NCBI GenBank assembly: GCA_964642615.1
Contig: CAZXSW010000003.1
Location: 17,950-81,949, forward strand
DNA: 64,000 nucleotides
Reading direction: 5' to 3'
Source: an uncultured Rikenellaceae bacterium
GTDB taxonomy: Bacteria; Bacteroidota; Bacteroidia; Bacteroidales; VadinHA17
A model generated the notes under the pieces. It searched no databases, was not told the DNA's origin, and saw only the letters and a list, made by a program, of their open reading frames with translations. Below, one piece after another: positions 21,833-29,975 of this stretch; positions within the stretch are counted from its first letter, which is position 1; every line of letters starts with the position of its first letter. Both the position numbers and the translations under genes were made by a program.

Positions 21833-23299
21833 TTACGGGAACAGACTCTTAATCTTGTCTATAAGCTGTGAAGGCTGGAATGGTTTGCTTATATAGTCGT
21901 CGATGCCGGCCGAAAGACATTCTTCCTTATCGCCCAGCATAGCATTGGCTGTAATGGCTATTATCGGTACATGCAAATCAGTGCCTGCCTCACTTTCCCT
22001 AATTCTTGATGCAGCCTCAAGTCCGTCCATAACTGGCATCTGGATGTCCATAAGAATAAGATCATATCTGGTTGAGGCACATCTCTCAAGTGCTTCCTTT
22101 CCGTTCGAAGCAGTATCTATTTCACTTACAAGCGGCTTAAGCGAGAGCAGGGTTATCTTCTGGTTTATCAGATTATCTTCAACAAGCAGGACCTTCACAT
22201 TTTTAAGATCTGTCCCCTGAGCCGGTGAAGCCTTGCCCGAGTCGGGGACTGAGTAGATAACAACGGGCCCGGTATCGGTACTGGCGTATTTGAAGGGCAT
22301 AAGAAACTTGAGAACCGACAGGTTATTCCCGAACTCCTGAGAATAATGTCCCCGCCCCGATGAAATAAGCCTGGCAGCAAGATTTCTCTTCTGGTGTTCT
22401 TCATCGATAAATACTATTCTTTTATCGGTCTGAACCCTGAAAGATACATGCATCTCCGAATCAGTCATCTTTTCCCTGGTGAGGTTTATCGTGACTTTGG
22501 TGGGACTGCCTTTTTCATGTTTTTCGATTGTATGAAAGAGGTCGAGAAAGATCTGTTTAAGAATGATAGGGTCGCCCGAGCAATAGAAATCACGCGGGTC
22601 CTTCCTGTTAAGTATGAAGTCGATACCGGAGCCATCCTTGAGGTTGTAGAGCTCGATGGTGTTCCTGATGGTGGTAAGCAGGTTGAATTTTATATTTCTC
22701 CTTTTCTCATAGCTTACATCATCAGCCGATTGCATAGTCAGCTCATTGACTGTTGTAACCATATTGCTGGTCGAAGCCACGAAGGTTCCTATAAGTTCTT
22801 TCTGTCGTGCAGGAAGATCAGACGACATCATGATATCGGAAAGAACAACAAGGTTATTAAGAGGTTCCCTGATCCTGTGGGAGAAATCAGTTATTACATT
22901 TTCCTTCTTCCTGTTCTGGTTTTTCAGATCATCAAGATCTCCTGATAAGACAGCCAGAAGACGGGAGTATTTTTTAAGTACCATAGTGAAAAGCAGGGCC
23001 CCGGCAATAACAAGCAGACCGGCCGGAAGAAACAGTTTGAAGGTTATCAGTATAAGTCCGGCAATAAGACAAAGAAAAGCTATGACTGAAAGGTTTCCGG
23101 CTTTCTTCAGATCAGCGGCAAAAGGCTCATCATTCTTATCTTCATTTAAACCGGGAGAAGTTAATTTTGGTTCAATCTGTCTCATCTTCTGATTCCTGTT
23201 TTGCAGATATGTAAAAATAAACAAAATAAGCATTGAATATACATTTACCTTTAGTAAGCTCCTTTTAAGTAAATGGTTATTTTTGTCTTTATGGTACAA
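21833..23299 (-). CDS. hybrid sensor histidine kinase/response regulator with a degenerate ATPase domain
   Basis: Two hydrophobic helices (about aa 70-108), H-box FSHRIREPLNN, then a kinase-like region lacking clear N/G1/G2 boxes. C-terminal receiver: KVLLVEDN, LILMDIQMP, ISKPF. First codon is TTG; ATG alternatives at 23233 and 23185. Confidence 0.8.
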   Translation of the reverse strand: MYHKDKNNHLLKRSLLKVNVYSMLILFIFTYLQNRNQKMRQIEPKLTSPGLNEDKNDEPFAADLKKAGNLSVIAFLCLIAGLILITFKLFLPAGLLVIAGALLFTMVLKKYSRLLAVLSGDLDDLKNQNRKKENVITDFSHRIREPLNNLVVLSDIMMSSDLPARQKELIGTFVASTSNMVTTVNELTMQSADDVSYEKRRNIKFNLLTTIRNTIELYNLKDGSGIDFILNRKDPRDFYCSGDPIILKQIFLDLFHTIEKHEKGSPTKVTINLTREKMTDSEMHVSFRVQTDKRIVFIDEEHQKRNLAARLISSGRGHYSQEFGNNLSVLKFLMPFKYASTDTGPVVIYSVPDSGKASPAQGTDLKNVKVLLVEDNLINQKITLLSLKPLVSEIDTASNGKEALERCASTRYDLILMDIQMPVMDGLEAASRIRESEAGTDLHVPIIAITANAMLGDKEECLSAGIDDYISKPFQPSQLIDKIKSLFP

Positions 23300-23332
23300 T
23301 ATTTGAGACAGGAAAATAAAACCTTTGCCAAT

Positions 23333-23437
23333 ATGAAACCCACATGTATTTCATACACGAACACCCATGTATTTAATTGTCATACATATGGGTTATCCCA
23401 CTTATGCGGGAACCTGAAAAATTAAAATTATAAACGG
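23333..23437 (+). repeat. copy 1 of a three-copy upstream cassette (ATGAAACCCACATG...CATATGGGTT...ACCT-A-rich-ATG)
   Basis: Shares its ends and tail with 32492-32385 (-) and 49678-49588 (-); runs up to the ATG at 23438. Confidence 0.7.
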
Positions 23438-24193
23438 ATGAAAAGCACGTTGAGATTGATTGACGTAGTTCTTGTACTGGTGGTTTTGTCATTTCCGGTA
23501 ATGCTTCTGGGGCAGGAGGAGAAGGCTATGGTGAAATACACTCCTGATTTCAGGTTCAGGGACGGTATTTACCTGAATTTTGACCAGGTCAGGCTCAATG
23601 ACCCGGTCCCCAAAGCCAAAATACTGACATCAGCAGACTACAACGACAAGGAGTTTTTCAAAGATCTCTTTGAAAATGACAAGATCTATTTTTACGATAG
23701 TATGGGCTTGAGGCAGGAGGTCGACAAGAGTAATATATGGGGTTATGCCAGGAACGGGATCCTGTATATCCAGCTCCAGGGTAATTTCAACAGGATAACC
23801 TTTGTCGGCAGCATAAGCCATTTTGTAGCCGATGTAATTTCGTACGACAGCAGATATAATTCACCCTACGGTTATTATGATCCCTACTATTCCCCGTTCT
23901 ATTCGCCCTATTATAATCCGTATTCGTACGGGAGTTATTATCCCTACGGATCGTATTATTCTCCCTACCGTCAGAACTCAGCCCGGTCGGAGGTAAAACA
24001 GTACCTTATCGATTTCGAGAGCGGAAAGATGACTGAGTTTGACCTTGAGAGCACGGAGTTGTTTCTTATGAAAGACGGAGAACTTTACGAGGAATTTGTG
24101 CAGCTGCCAAGGAAAAAGAAAAAGGAGATGATGTTCGTTTTTGTCCGTCGTTTCAACGAAAAGAATCCCTTGTATATTCCTGAAAATAAATAA
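23438..24193 (+). CDS. hypothetical exported protein with a Tyr/Pro/Ser-rich low-complexity insert
   Basis: 251 aa with a hydrophobic N-terminal signal-like segment. Internal YDSRYNSPYGYYDPYYSPFYSPYYNPYSYGSYYPYGSYYSPY. No family recognised. Confidence 0.6.
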   Translation: MKSTLRLIDVVLVLVVLSFPVMLLGQEEKAMVKYTPDFRFRDGIYLNFDQVRLNDPVPKAKILTSADYNDKEFFKDLFENDKIYFYDSMGLRQEVDKSNIWGYARNGILYIQLQGNFNRITFVGSISHFVADVISYDSRYNSPYGYYDPYYSPFYSPYYNPYSYGSYYPYGSYYSPYRQNSARSEVKQYLIDFESGKMTEFDLESTELFLMKDGELYEEFVQLPRKKKKEMMFVFVRRFNEKNPLYIPENK

Positions 24194-24199
24194 ATTGAT

Positions 24200-25048
24200 A
24201 TGAGATATCTAAGTCTGCCTGTTCTCCTGGTCCTCTCTGTACTGTCAGTTGCGGCCCAGCCCCCTTTCCCGGGTCGTGAAGATATTGCAAACTTCATGAA
24301 ATCAACGACCTGTGTGGTCCTTGAGGATGATGCTTTTTCGGCATACAACATACTCATTAAGGAAGCAGTAACCGAATTCTGGGATATAAGGCCCTATGAG
24401 TTTATTGATGAGGATGAATTTGAAGAGAGAAGGAGGGACCCTTCCTTTTCTTTCATTGTGCTTACTGAGACAACCTACGACAGGGATAAATCAGGTTCGG
24501 CCTATAATAACCTTAACCTTCTGCAGGGGAAGAAGGTGAGCAACATAAATCAGATGCCTGAGATCTGTGCCATCCCGCTGTCGTCCTCTTCTGAGGAGGA
24601 TATAGATTACGGATATAAGACCGGTGCGGTACTGAGATTCATTCAGAAGCATGCACTTATGATTTCAGAGGCCCCTTCAGTAACAGGAAGAAGATATCTG
24701 AGGTATTATAATAAGAATATACCCTCGATAGCACAAAAGACGATTCTTGCCAGGGAGTCTGACATGGCACCTTCAGTGAACACTATTGAAAAGATTAAGG
24801 CTTTATACAGTAACCAGTTCAGTATTGTTAAGGAAGAAGAGATAATAAAGGCCATTGATGAAAGGAGGCCCGGTACCCTTGTTTTGCATAAGGTGGGACC
24901 TGTTGATGATTCCGGAACAGGTTACTGCTTCAAGATGCTTATTGGAACCGACGATTCGGAGATGTACTACTACAATCAGCACCTTATTGACGCTGGTAAT
25001 CCCAACGGACTTCTTCCCTCCGATCTTAAACGTTTGATGAGATATTGA
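24200..25048 (+). CDS. hypothetical exported protein
   Basis: 282 aa with a signal-peptide-like N-terminus (LSLPVLLVLSVLSVAAQ). Starts 6 nt after the preceding gene. No family recognised. Confidence 0.6.
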   Translation: MRYLSLPVLLVLSVLSVAAQPPFPGREDIANFMKSTTCVVLEDDAFSAYNILIKEAVTEFWDIRPYEFIDEDEFEERRRDPSFSFIVLTETTYDRDKSGSAYNNLNLLQGKKVSNINQMPEICAIPLSSSSEEDIDYGYKTGAVLRFIQKHALMISEAPSVTGRRYLRYYNKNIPSIAQKTILARESDMAPSVNTIEKIKALYSNQFSIVKEEEIIKAIDERRPGTLVLHKVGPVDDSGTGYCFKMLIGTDDSEMYYYNQHLIDAGNPNGLLPSDLKRLMRY

Positions 25049-25095
25049 TGCAGCAAATCCTGCAAAGGTCCGTCTTTATGTAAACAAACTAAGTC

Positions 25096-25452
25096 ATGAA
25101 AGCGATCATAGAATTATCAGAGAGTGAAAGGAACTGGGCAATGTTATGTCATCTTTCTGCATTTGCCGGATTCTTTTTTCCGTTCGGAAGTATTATTGGT
25201 CCCCTCATCTGCTGGTTGTCGAGGAAGGATGAATCGCAGTGGGTTGACCGTAATGGCAAGGCGTCGATGAACTTTGAAATGTCTATACTTCTCTACACTG
25301 TTCTTGCAGTACCTCTTTGTTTTATTATTGTCGGTATTCCGATAATCATAACACTGGTGGTTCTCAAGGTCATCTGCATAATTATTGCAAGTGTACGGGC
25401 ATCAAAAGGCGAAGATTTCAAATATCCTCTTTCCATTCCCTTTATCCAGTAA
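25096..25452 (+). CDS. small membrane protein, DUF4870-like
   Basis: 118 aa; ...ERNWAMLCHLSAFAGFF.P.G.IIGPLI.WL..KD.S..VD..GK...NF..S...Y... is the pattern I associate with DUF4870. Two to three TM segments. Confidence 0.6.
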   Translation: MKAIIELSESERNWAMLCHLSAFAGFFFPFGSIIGPLICWLSRKDESQWVDRNGKASMNFEMSILLYTVLAVPLCFIIVGIPIIITLVVLKVICIIIASVRASKGEDFKYPLSIPFIQ

Positions 25453-25518
25453 TGACGCTCCTGTTATGTAACAGGCAGTGGAAACCAGTCATCGTGAAGT
25501 AATTGCAGGCTGAATTAT

Positions 25519-25558
25519 AAAAGATCAGGCATAAAATGTTGTGCCTGATCTTTTATTT
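25519..25558 (+). terminator. intrinsic terminator
   Basis: AAAAGATCAGGCA (25519-25531) pairs with TGCCTGATCTTTT (25542-25554), followed by a T-rich tail. Confidence 0.75.
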
Positions 25559-25570
25559 AACTTTATCTTT

Positions 25571-25578
25571 TACTTTTG
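25571..25578 (+). promoter_or_regulatory. candidate -7 box (TACTTTTG) for hisS
   Basis: Exact TAnnTTTG match, 33 nt upstream of the hisS ATG. Confidence 0.4.
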
Positions 25579-25610
25579 TCTTTTCACCATAATGTTTAAT
25601 ACAGCTTTCA

Positions 25611-26972
25611 ATGTCTTCCAAACCCTCAATACCAAAAGGAACCCGGGATTTCACAACTGAAGAGGTCCTGCGAAGGGATTATATTTTCACTACCATAAAA
25701 AATGTATTCAGTCTTTTTGGATATCAGCCCATTGAAACCCCTGCTATGGAAAACATAAGCACCCTCATGGGGAAATACGGGGAGGAAGGCGACAGGCTTT
25801 TATTCCGTATTCTTAATTCGGGTGATTATCTTTCTGCGGTTTCAGATGAAGATCTGGCAGGGAAGGATAGCCTGTCAGTTGCTTCGCGTATATCTGAAAA
25901 GGGCTTAAGGTATGATCTTACTGTTCCCTTTGCCCGCTTTGTGGTTCAGCATCGCGATGCTATAGTCTTTCCTTTCAGGAGGTATCAGATACAACCTGTT
26001 TGGAGGGCCGACAGGCCTCAGAAAGGGCGCTATCGTGAGTTTTTTCAGTGCGATGCCGACATTGTTGGAAGTGATTCGCTGCTTAATGAATATGAACTTG
26101 TTAGGATAATAGATGAAGTATTCTCACGGCTTAAACTGCAGGTTCTCATAAAGATAAACAACAGAAAGGTGTTGGCCGGAATTGCTGGATACATTGGTGA
26201 GGATGCCCGGATCACTGATATTACAATAGCCATCGACAAGCTTGAGAAGATAGGTATCGGGGGAGTGAATCTCGAACTTGCTGCAAAAGGGGTTTCAGGT
26301 TCAGCCATTGATAAGCTTCAACCGGTGCTGGGTCTGAGTGGCGACACCTCTTCAAAACTTGAAGAACTTGAAAGGATATTATCACTCTCAGAGACAGGGA
26401 GAAAGGGAGTTTCCGAACTCCGTACTCTGTTTGGACTGATTGAAAGTGCAGACCTGGCCAATACCGTTGAACTGGATCTTACTCTTGCAAGGGGATTGAA
26501 CTACTACACAGGCGCTATTATTGAGGTTAAGTCGAAAGATATGGCCATAGGCAGTATATGCGGTGGGGGCAGGTATGATAACCTCACCGGAGTCTTCGGT
26601 CTGGATGGCGTTTCAGGGGTTGGCATCTCATTCGGAGCCGACAGGATATATGATGTCCTTTCCAATCAGAACATGTTTGAAGGAATGACAGGCTGGGGCA
26701 CAAAGGTACTTATTATTAACTTTGGTGAGAAAGAACTGCCATATGCTCTAAGACTTACTGAACTCATACGGGATAACGGAATAAGTACTGAACTTTACCC
26801 CGATGCGGTTAAGCTCAAAAAGCAGTTGTCGTATGCCGCCTCAAAGAAGATCCCTTTTGTCGTTCTTGCAGGAGAGGATGAGATTGCCGGCAACGAGGCA
26901 ACAATACGAATGATGGAAACAGGCGACCAGGAGCGTGTGCCTCTGTGTGAGCTTGGGCACCGTTTGAAATAA
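25611..26972 (+). CDS. hisS: histidine--tRNA ligase
   Basis: 453 aa; class II motifs ...[12 protein letters not shown]..., ...REF.Q.D.D..G... and ...GGGRYDNL... Confidence 0.95.
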   Translation: MSSKPSIPKGTRDFTTEEVLRRDYIFTTIKNVFSLFGYQPIETPAMENISTLMGKYGEEGDRLLFRILNSGDYLSAVSDEDLAGKDSLSVASRISEKGLRYDLTVPFARFVVQHRDAIVFPFRRYQIQPVWRADRPQKGRYREFFQCDADIVGSDSLLNEYELVRIIDEVFSRLKLQVLIKINNRKVLAGIAGYIGEDARITDITIAIDKLEKIGIGGVNLELAAKGVSGSAIDKLQPVLGLSGDTSSKLEELERILSLSETGRKGVSELRTLFGLIESADLANTVELDLTLARGLNYYTGAIIEVKSKDMAIGSICGGGRYDNLTGVFGLDGVSGVGISFGADRIYDVLSNQNMFEGMTGWGTKVLIINFGEKELPYALRLTELIRDNGISTELYPDAVKLKKQLSYAASKKIPFVVLAGEDEIAGNEATIRMMETGDQERVPLCELGHRLK

Positions 26973-27065
26973 AGCCAGTGGTGCAGGAGCTAAAGCACAT
27001 CGTGAGTGTTGATGGCCAGACTGCTTACTTTTAGATGGGATGTGAAATATAAAATCTGATAAATA

Positions 27066-28163
27066 ATGGCTCTGCAGTGCGGAATAACCGGTATTACCAA
27101 TGTGGGCAAGACCACAATATTTAATTGTATTTCAAATACAAAGGGAGAGACTAACGCTTTTGCCTTCAGCGGTACCAAATCAAATATAGGCGTTGTACAG
27201 GTGCCTGATCCACGACTTTACGAGCTTGAAAGGCATCAGGTTACAGAAAAAATAGTGCCGACCACGGTGGAGATAGTAGATATCCCGGGTCTTACAAGGG
27301 GTTCAAACAAAGGTGAGGGTGTCGGTAATAAGTTTCTTGGCGATATCCGTAACACCGATGCCCTTATTCATGTATTACGTTGCTTTGATAATGAGGCACT
27401 TCCTCATATTGACGGTTCTGTTGACCCCGTACGCGATCTCGAGACCATTGACTTTGAACTTCAGGTTAAGGATCTTGAGTCGGTTGAAAAGAAGATTCAG
27501 AGGCTTGAGAAAGCTGCCAGAACAGGTGATAAGGACGCAAAGCACGGATGTGAGGTTCTTGAACTGTACAGGGCTCATATAGGCAACTTCAATAATGCCC
27601 GTACCCTTGATGTGAAGGAAGAAGACAGGAAATATGTTGATGATCTGTTCCTTCTAACCATGAAACCCGTGATATTTGTATGTAATGTCGACGAGAAGTC
27701 GGCTGTCGCGGGTAACAGCTATGTTGACGAGGTAAGGAAGTATTTTTCGGACGGGGATGCCGAGATACTTGTAATAGCAGGGGCCGTCGAGGCTGAGATA
27801 GCTGAGCTTGAGAGCAGGGACGACCGTTTAGCCTTTCTCAAAGATGCAGGTCTTGAGGAACCAGGAGTTGACAAGCTGGTAAGGGCTGCTTACAGGATGC
27901 TTAACCTTCAGACCTTTTTTACAGTTGGTCCGAAGGAGATAAAGGCCTGGACCATAAAAAAGGGTATGACAGCTCCCCAGGCTGCAGGGGTTATTCACAG
28001 CGATCTTGAAAGAGGTTTTATAAGGGCTGAGGTGATGAAGTATGATGATTTTGTCACACTTGGGTCGGAGCATGCCTGCAAGGAAGCAGGGAAATTCAAT
28101 ATAGAGGGAAAGAATTATGTAGTCAGTGACGGGGATATACTGCATATAAGATTCAATGTATAG
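27066..28163 (+). CDS. ychF: redox-regulated ATPase YchF
   Basis: 365 aa; P-loop GITGITNVGKTTIFN, ...VDIPGL..G...GEG.GN.FL..IR..DA..HV.RCF... and TGS-like C-terminus ...IH.D.ERGFIRAEV... Confidence 0.93.
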   Translation: MALQCGITGITNVGKTTIFNCISNTKGETNAFAFSGTKSNIGVVQVPDPRLYELERHQVTEKIVPTTVEIVDIPGLTRGSNKGEGVGNKFLGDIRNTDALIHVLRCFDNEALPHIDGSVDPVRDLETIDFELQVKDLESVEKKIQRLEKAARTGDKDAKHGCEVLELYRAHIGNFNNARTLDVKEEDRKYVDDLFLLTMKPVIFVCNVDEKSAVAGNSYVDEVRKYFSDGDAEILVIAGAVEAEIAELESRDDRLAFLKDAGLEEPGVDKLVRAAYRMLNLQTFFTVGPKEIKAWTIKKGMTAPQAAGVIHSDLERGFIRAEVMKYDDFVTLGSEHACKEAGKFNIEGKNYVVSDGDILHIRFNV

Positions 28164-28169
28164 ATATCC

Positions 28170-29870
28170 ATGGCCAGGCTGTATAAGATACTTGCTTTGG
28201 TCCTGGCCCTCGCGCCTGTTTTCTCTTCTGCCCAGAAGGGGAACAGGGATGAGATACTGAGAGATCAGGTCAGACTGGTGGGACAGGCTGAAGTATCTGT
28301 GCCATGGCCGGGAAGCAAGATGACAGATGAGCTGGCCACCAACTTCTCTGTCTCATCAGCAGGCCGGGAAGCTATCTTTATCAGACTGTCGCCACTTACT
28401 ATTGACAGGTTCATATCAATGAATCTGGACTATACTATCGTTGAAAGAGAGGCCCTCAAGGGACCACTGTCTGCAGAAACCACTGCAAAGGCCATGGAGT
28501 GGCAAAGCTATCCCACCTGGCAGCAGTATGATTCAATACTTAATTATTTATGCGACAGCTATCCCACGCTCTGTCGCCTCGACACCATCGGAACAAGTGT
28601 AATGGGAAGGGCAATTTATGCTCTTAAAATTTCGGATAATGCAGGTTACGACGAAGATGAACCCGAAGTGTTTCTTACCTCAACCATACATGGAGATGAG
28701 ACTGCCGGGTTTATACTTCTTCTGAGACTTGCCTCCCATCTGCTTGAAAACTACCAGGTGCGCGAGGATATTGGGAGTATGGTCGACGGACTGGAGATAT
28801 GGATCAATCCTCTGGCCAATCCCGACGGGACATATACTGACGGAGACGAGATAACACTTCCAGTGAGATTCAATGCAAACGGTTATGACCTTAACCGTAA
28901 TTTTCCCGACCCTGAATCACAGACAACCGGGATACAGAAGGAGACTGCTGAGATGATTGCTTTTCTGAAGGAGAGGAACTTTGTACTATCTGCCAATCTG
29001 CATTCAGGCGCCGAAGTTATCAACTATCCCTGGGACAGATGGGAAAGACTTCATCCTGATGATGAATGGTTCAGGGCAATAAGCAGGAGGTATGTTGATA
29101 CCGTACATTTATATAGTGAGCCCGGGTACATGACTGATCTTGATAACGGTATAACAAACGGCTACCAGTGGTATAAGGTTTATGGCGGCAGACAGGATTA
29201 TGTAACCTGGGAGCTTGGGGGCCGTGAAGTTACAATTGAAGTGCACAGGAGTTATGTCTCGCCAGTTGAACAGCTTGAATTCATCTGGGAGGCGAATTAC
29301 AGGTCTCTTGAGGCTTATCTGCAAAATGCGCTTACCGGAATACACGGAAGGGTCAGGGACAGGATTACAGGCTTGCCGCTTGTTGCCTCTGTAGTAATTG
29401 ATAATCACGACAGGGATAACTCACAGATAGAATCCGACACGCTTACAGGAAGTTTTATAAGGATGATAGCCCCGGGTTCATGGTCCCTGAAATTTGCTGC
29501 CAGGGGATACAGGGATACTGTGATAACGGTCCAGAGTCTCGTAAATGAAAAGACTGACCTTGAGGTTGAGATGCATCCTCTGATAAATGAGGTGGATACC
29601 CTTGATCCCGAAACTCCGTTTCTTTATCCCAATCCGGCCTCAACATATATAAAGGCTGTATTACCATCAGCACTGAGGGGTGAACTCAGGGTAGCCATCT
29701 TTTCAATCTCCGGGAAGAAGGAAATTGAATACGAAACAGTGGTCTCAGGTGATTATCCCTTAACAACTGACATCAGCAGGCTTCGCAGGGGTGTTTATAT
29801 AATCAGTTTTACAAATAAGACAAGCCGGTTGTCGTCGAAGGCTGTCTTTATGATTGCCAGGCACCCCTGA
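28170..29870 (+). CDS. M14-family zinc carboxypeptidase with T9SS C-terminal sorting domain
   Basis: 566 aa with a signal peptide. ...STIHGDETAG... zinc-ligand motif and ...SANLHSGAEV.NYPWD... C-terminus LYPNPASTYIKAVL...GVYIISF is typical of Por/T9SS CTDs. Confidence 0.85.
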   Translation: MARLYKILALVLALAPVFSSAQKGNRDEILRDQVRLVGQAEVSVPWPGSKMTDELATNFSVSSAGREAIFIRLSPLTIDRFISMNLDYTIVEREALKGPLSAETTAKAMEWQSYPTWQQYDSILNYLCDSYPTLCRLDTIGTSVMGRAIYALKISDNAGYDEDEPEVFLTSTIHGDETAGFILLLRLASHLLENYQVREDIGSMVDGLEIWINPLANPDGTYTDGDEITLPVRFNANGYDLNRNFPDPESQTTGIQKETAEMIAFLKERNFVLSANLHSGAEVINYPWDRWERLHPDDEWFRAISRRYVDTVHLYSEPGYMTDLDNGITNGYQWYKVYGGRQDYVTWELGGREVTIEVHRSYVSPVEQLEFIWEANYRSLEAYLQNALTGIHGRVRDRITGLPLVASVVIDNHDRDNSQIESDTLTGSFIRMIAPGSWSLKFAARGYRDTVITVQSLVNEKTDLEVEMHPLINEVDTLDPETPFLYPNPASTYIKAVLPSALRGELRVAIFSISGKKEIEYETVVSGDYPLTTDISRLRRGVYIISFTNKTSRLSSKAVFMIARHP

Positions 29871-29919
29871 TGGCATATATGAATTAGCCTGTTAGTATTG
29901 TATCTAATTTTAAAAAAAT

Positions 29920-29927
29920 TACTTTTG
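29920..29927 (+). promoter_or_regulatory. candidate -7 box (TACTTTTG)
   Basis: Exact TAnnTTTG match, 49 nt upstream of ATG 29976. Confidence 0.35.
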
Positions 29928-29975
29928 CCCTTGGTTGGTTTTATTGTTGAATAGTTAAGGCATGGGGTTAATCAT

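Noticed and set aside
23333-23425. Reading the conserved ATGAAACCCACATG as the start of a leader peptide (M-K-P-T...).
   Set aside because: The frame gives 30 aa in copy 1, stops after 4 codons in copy 2 (ATG AAA CCC ACA TGA), and runs on out of frame in copy 3. Conservation is therefore at the nucleotide level, not the peptide level.
23395-23437. ECF-sigma (GGAAC...CGT) or sigma-54 (TGGCA-N-TTGC-like, at 23324-23332 on the minus strand) promoter reading of the cassette flanks.
   Set aside because: The spacing from GGAACC to the CGG is about 21 nt, which would place the TSS at or after the start codon. The TGGCAAAGGTTTT stretch lacks the GC element at the correct spacing.
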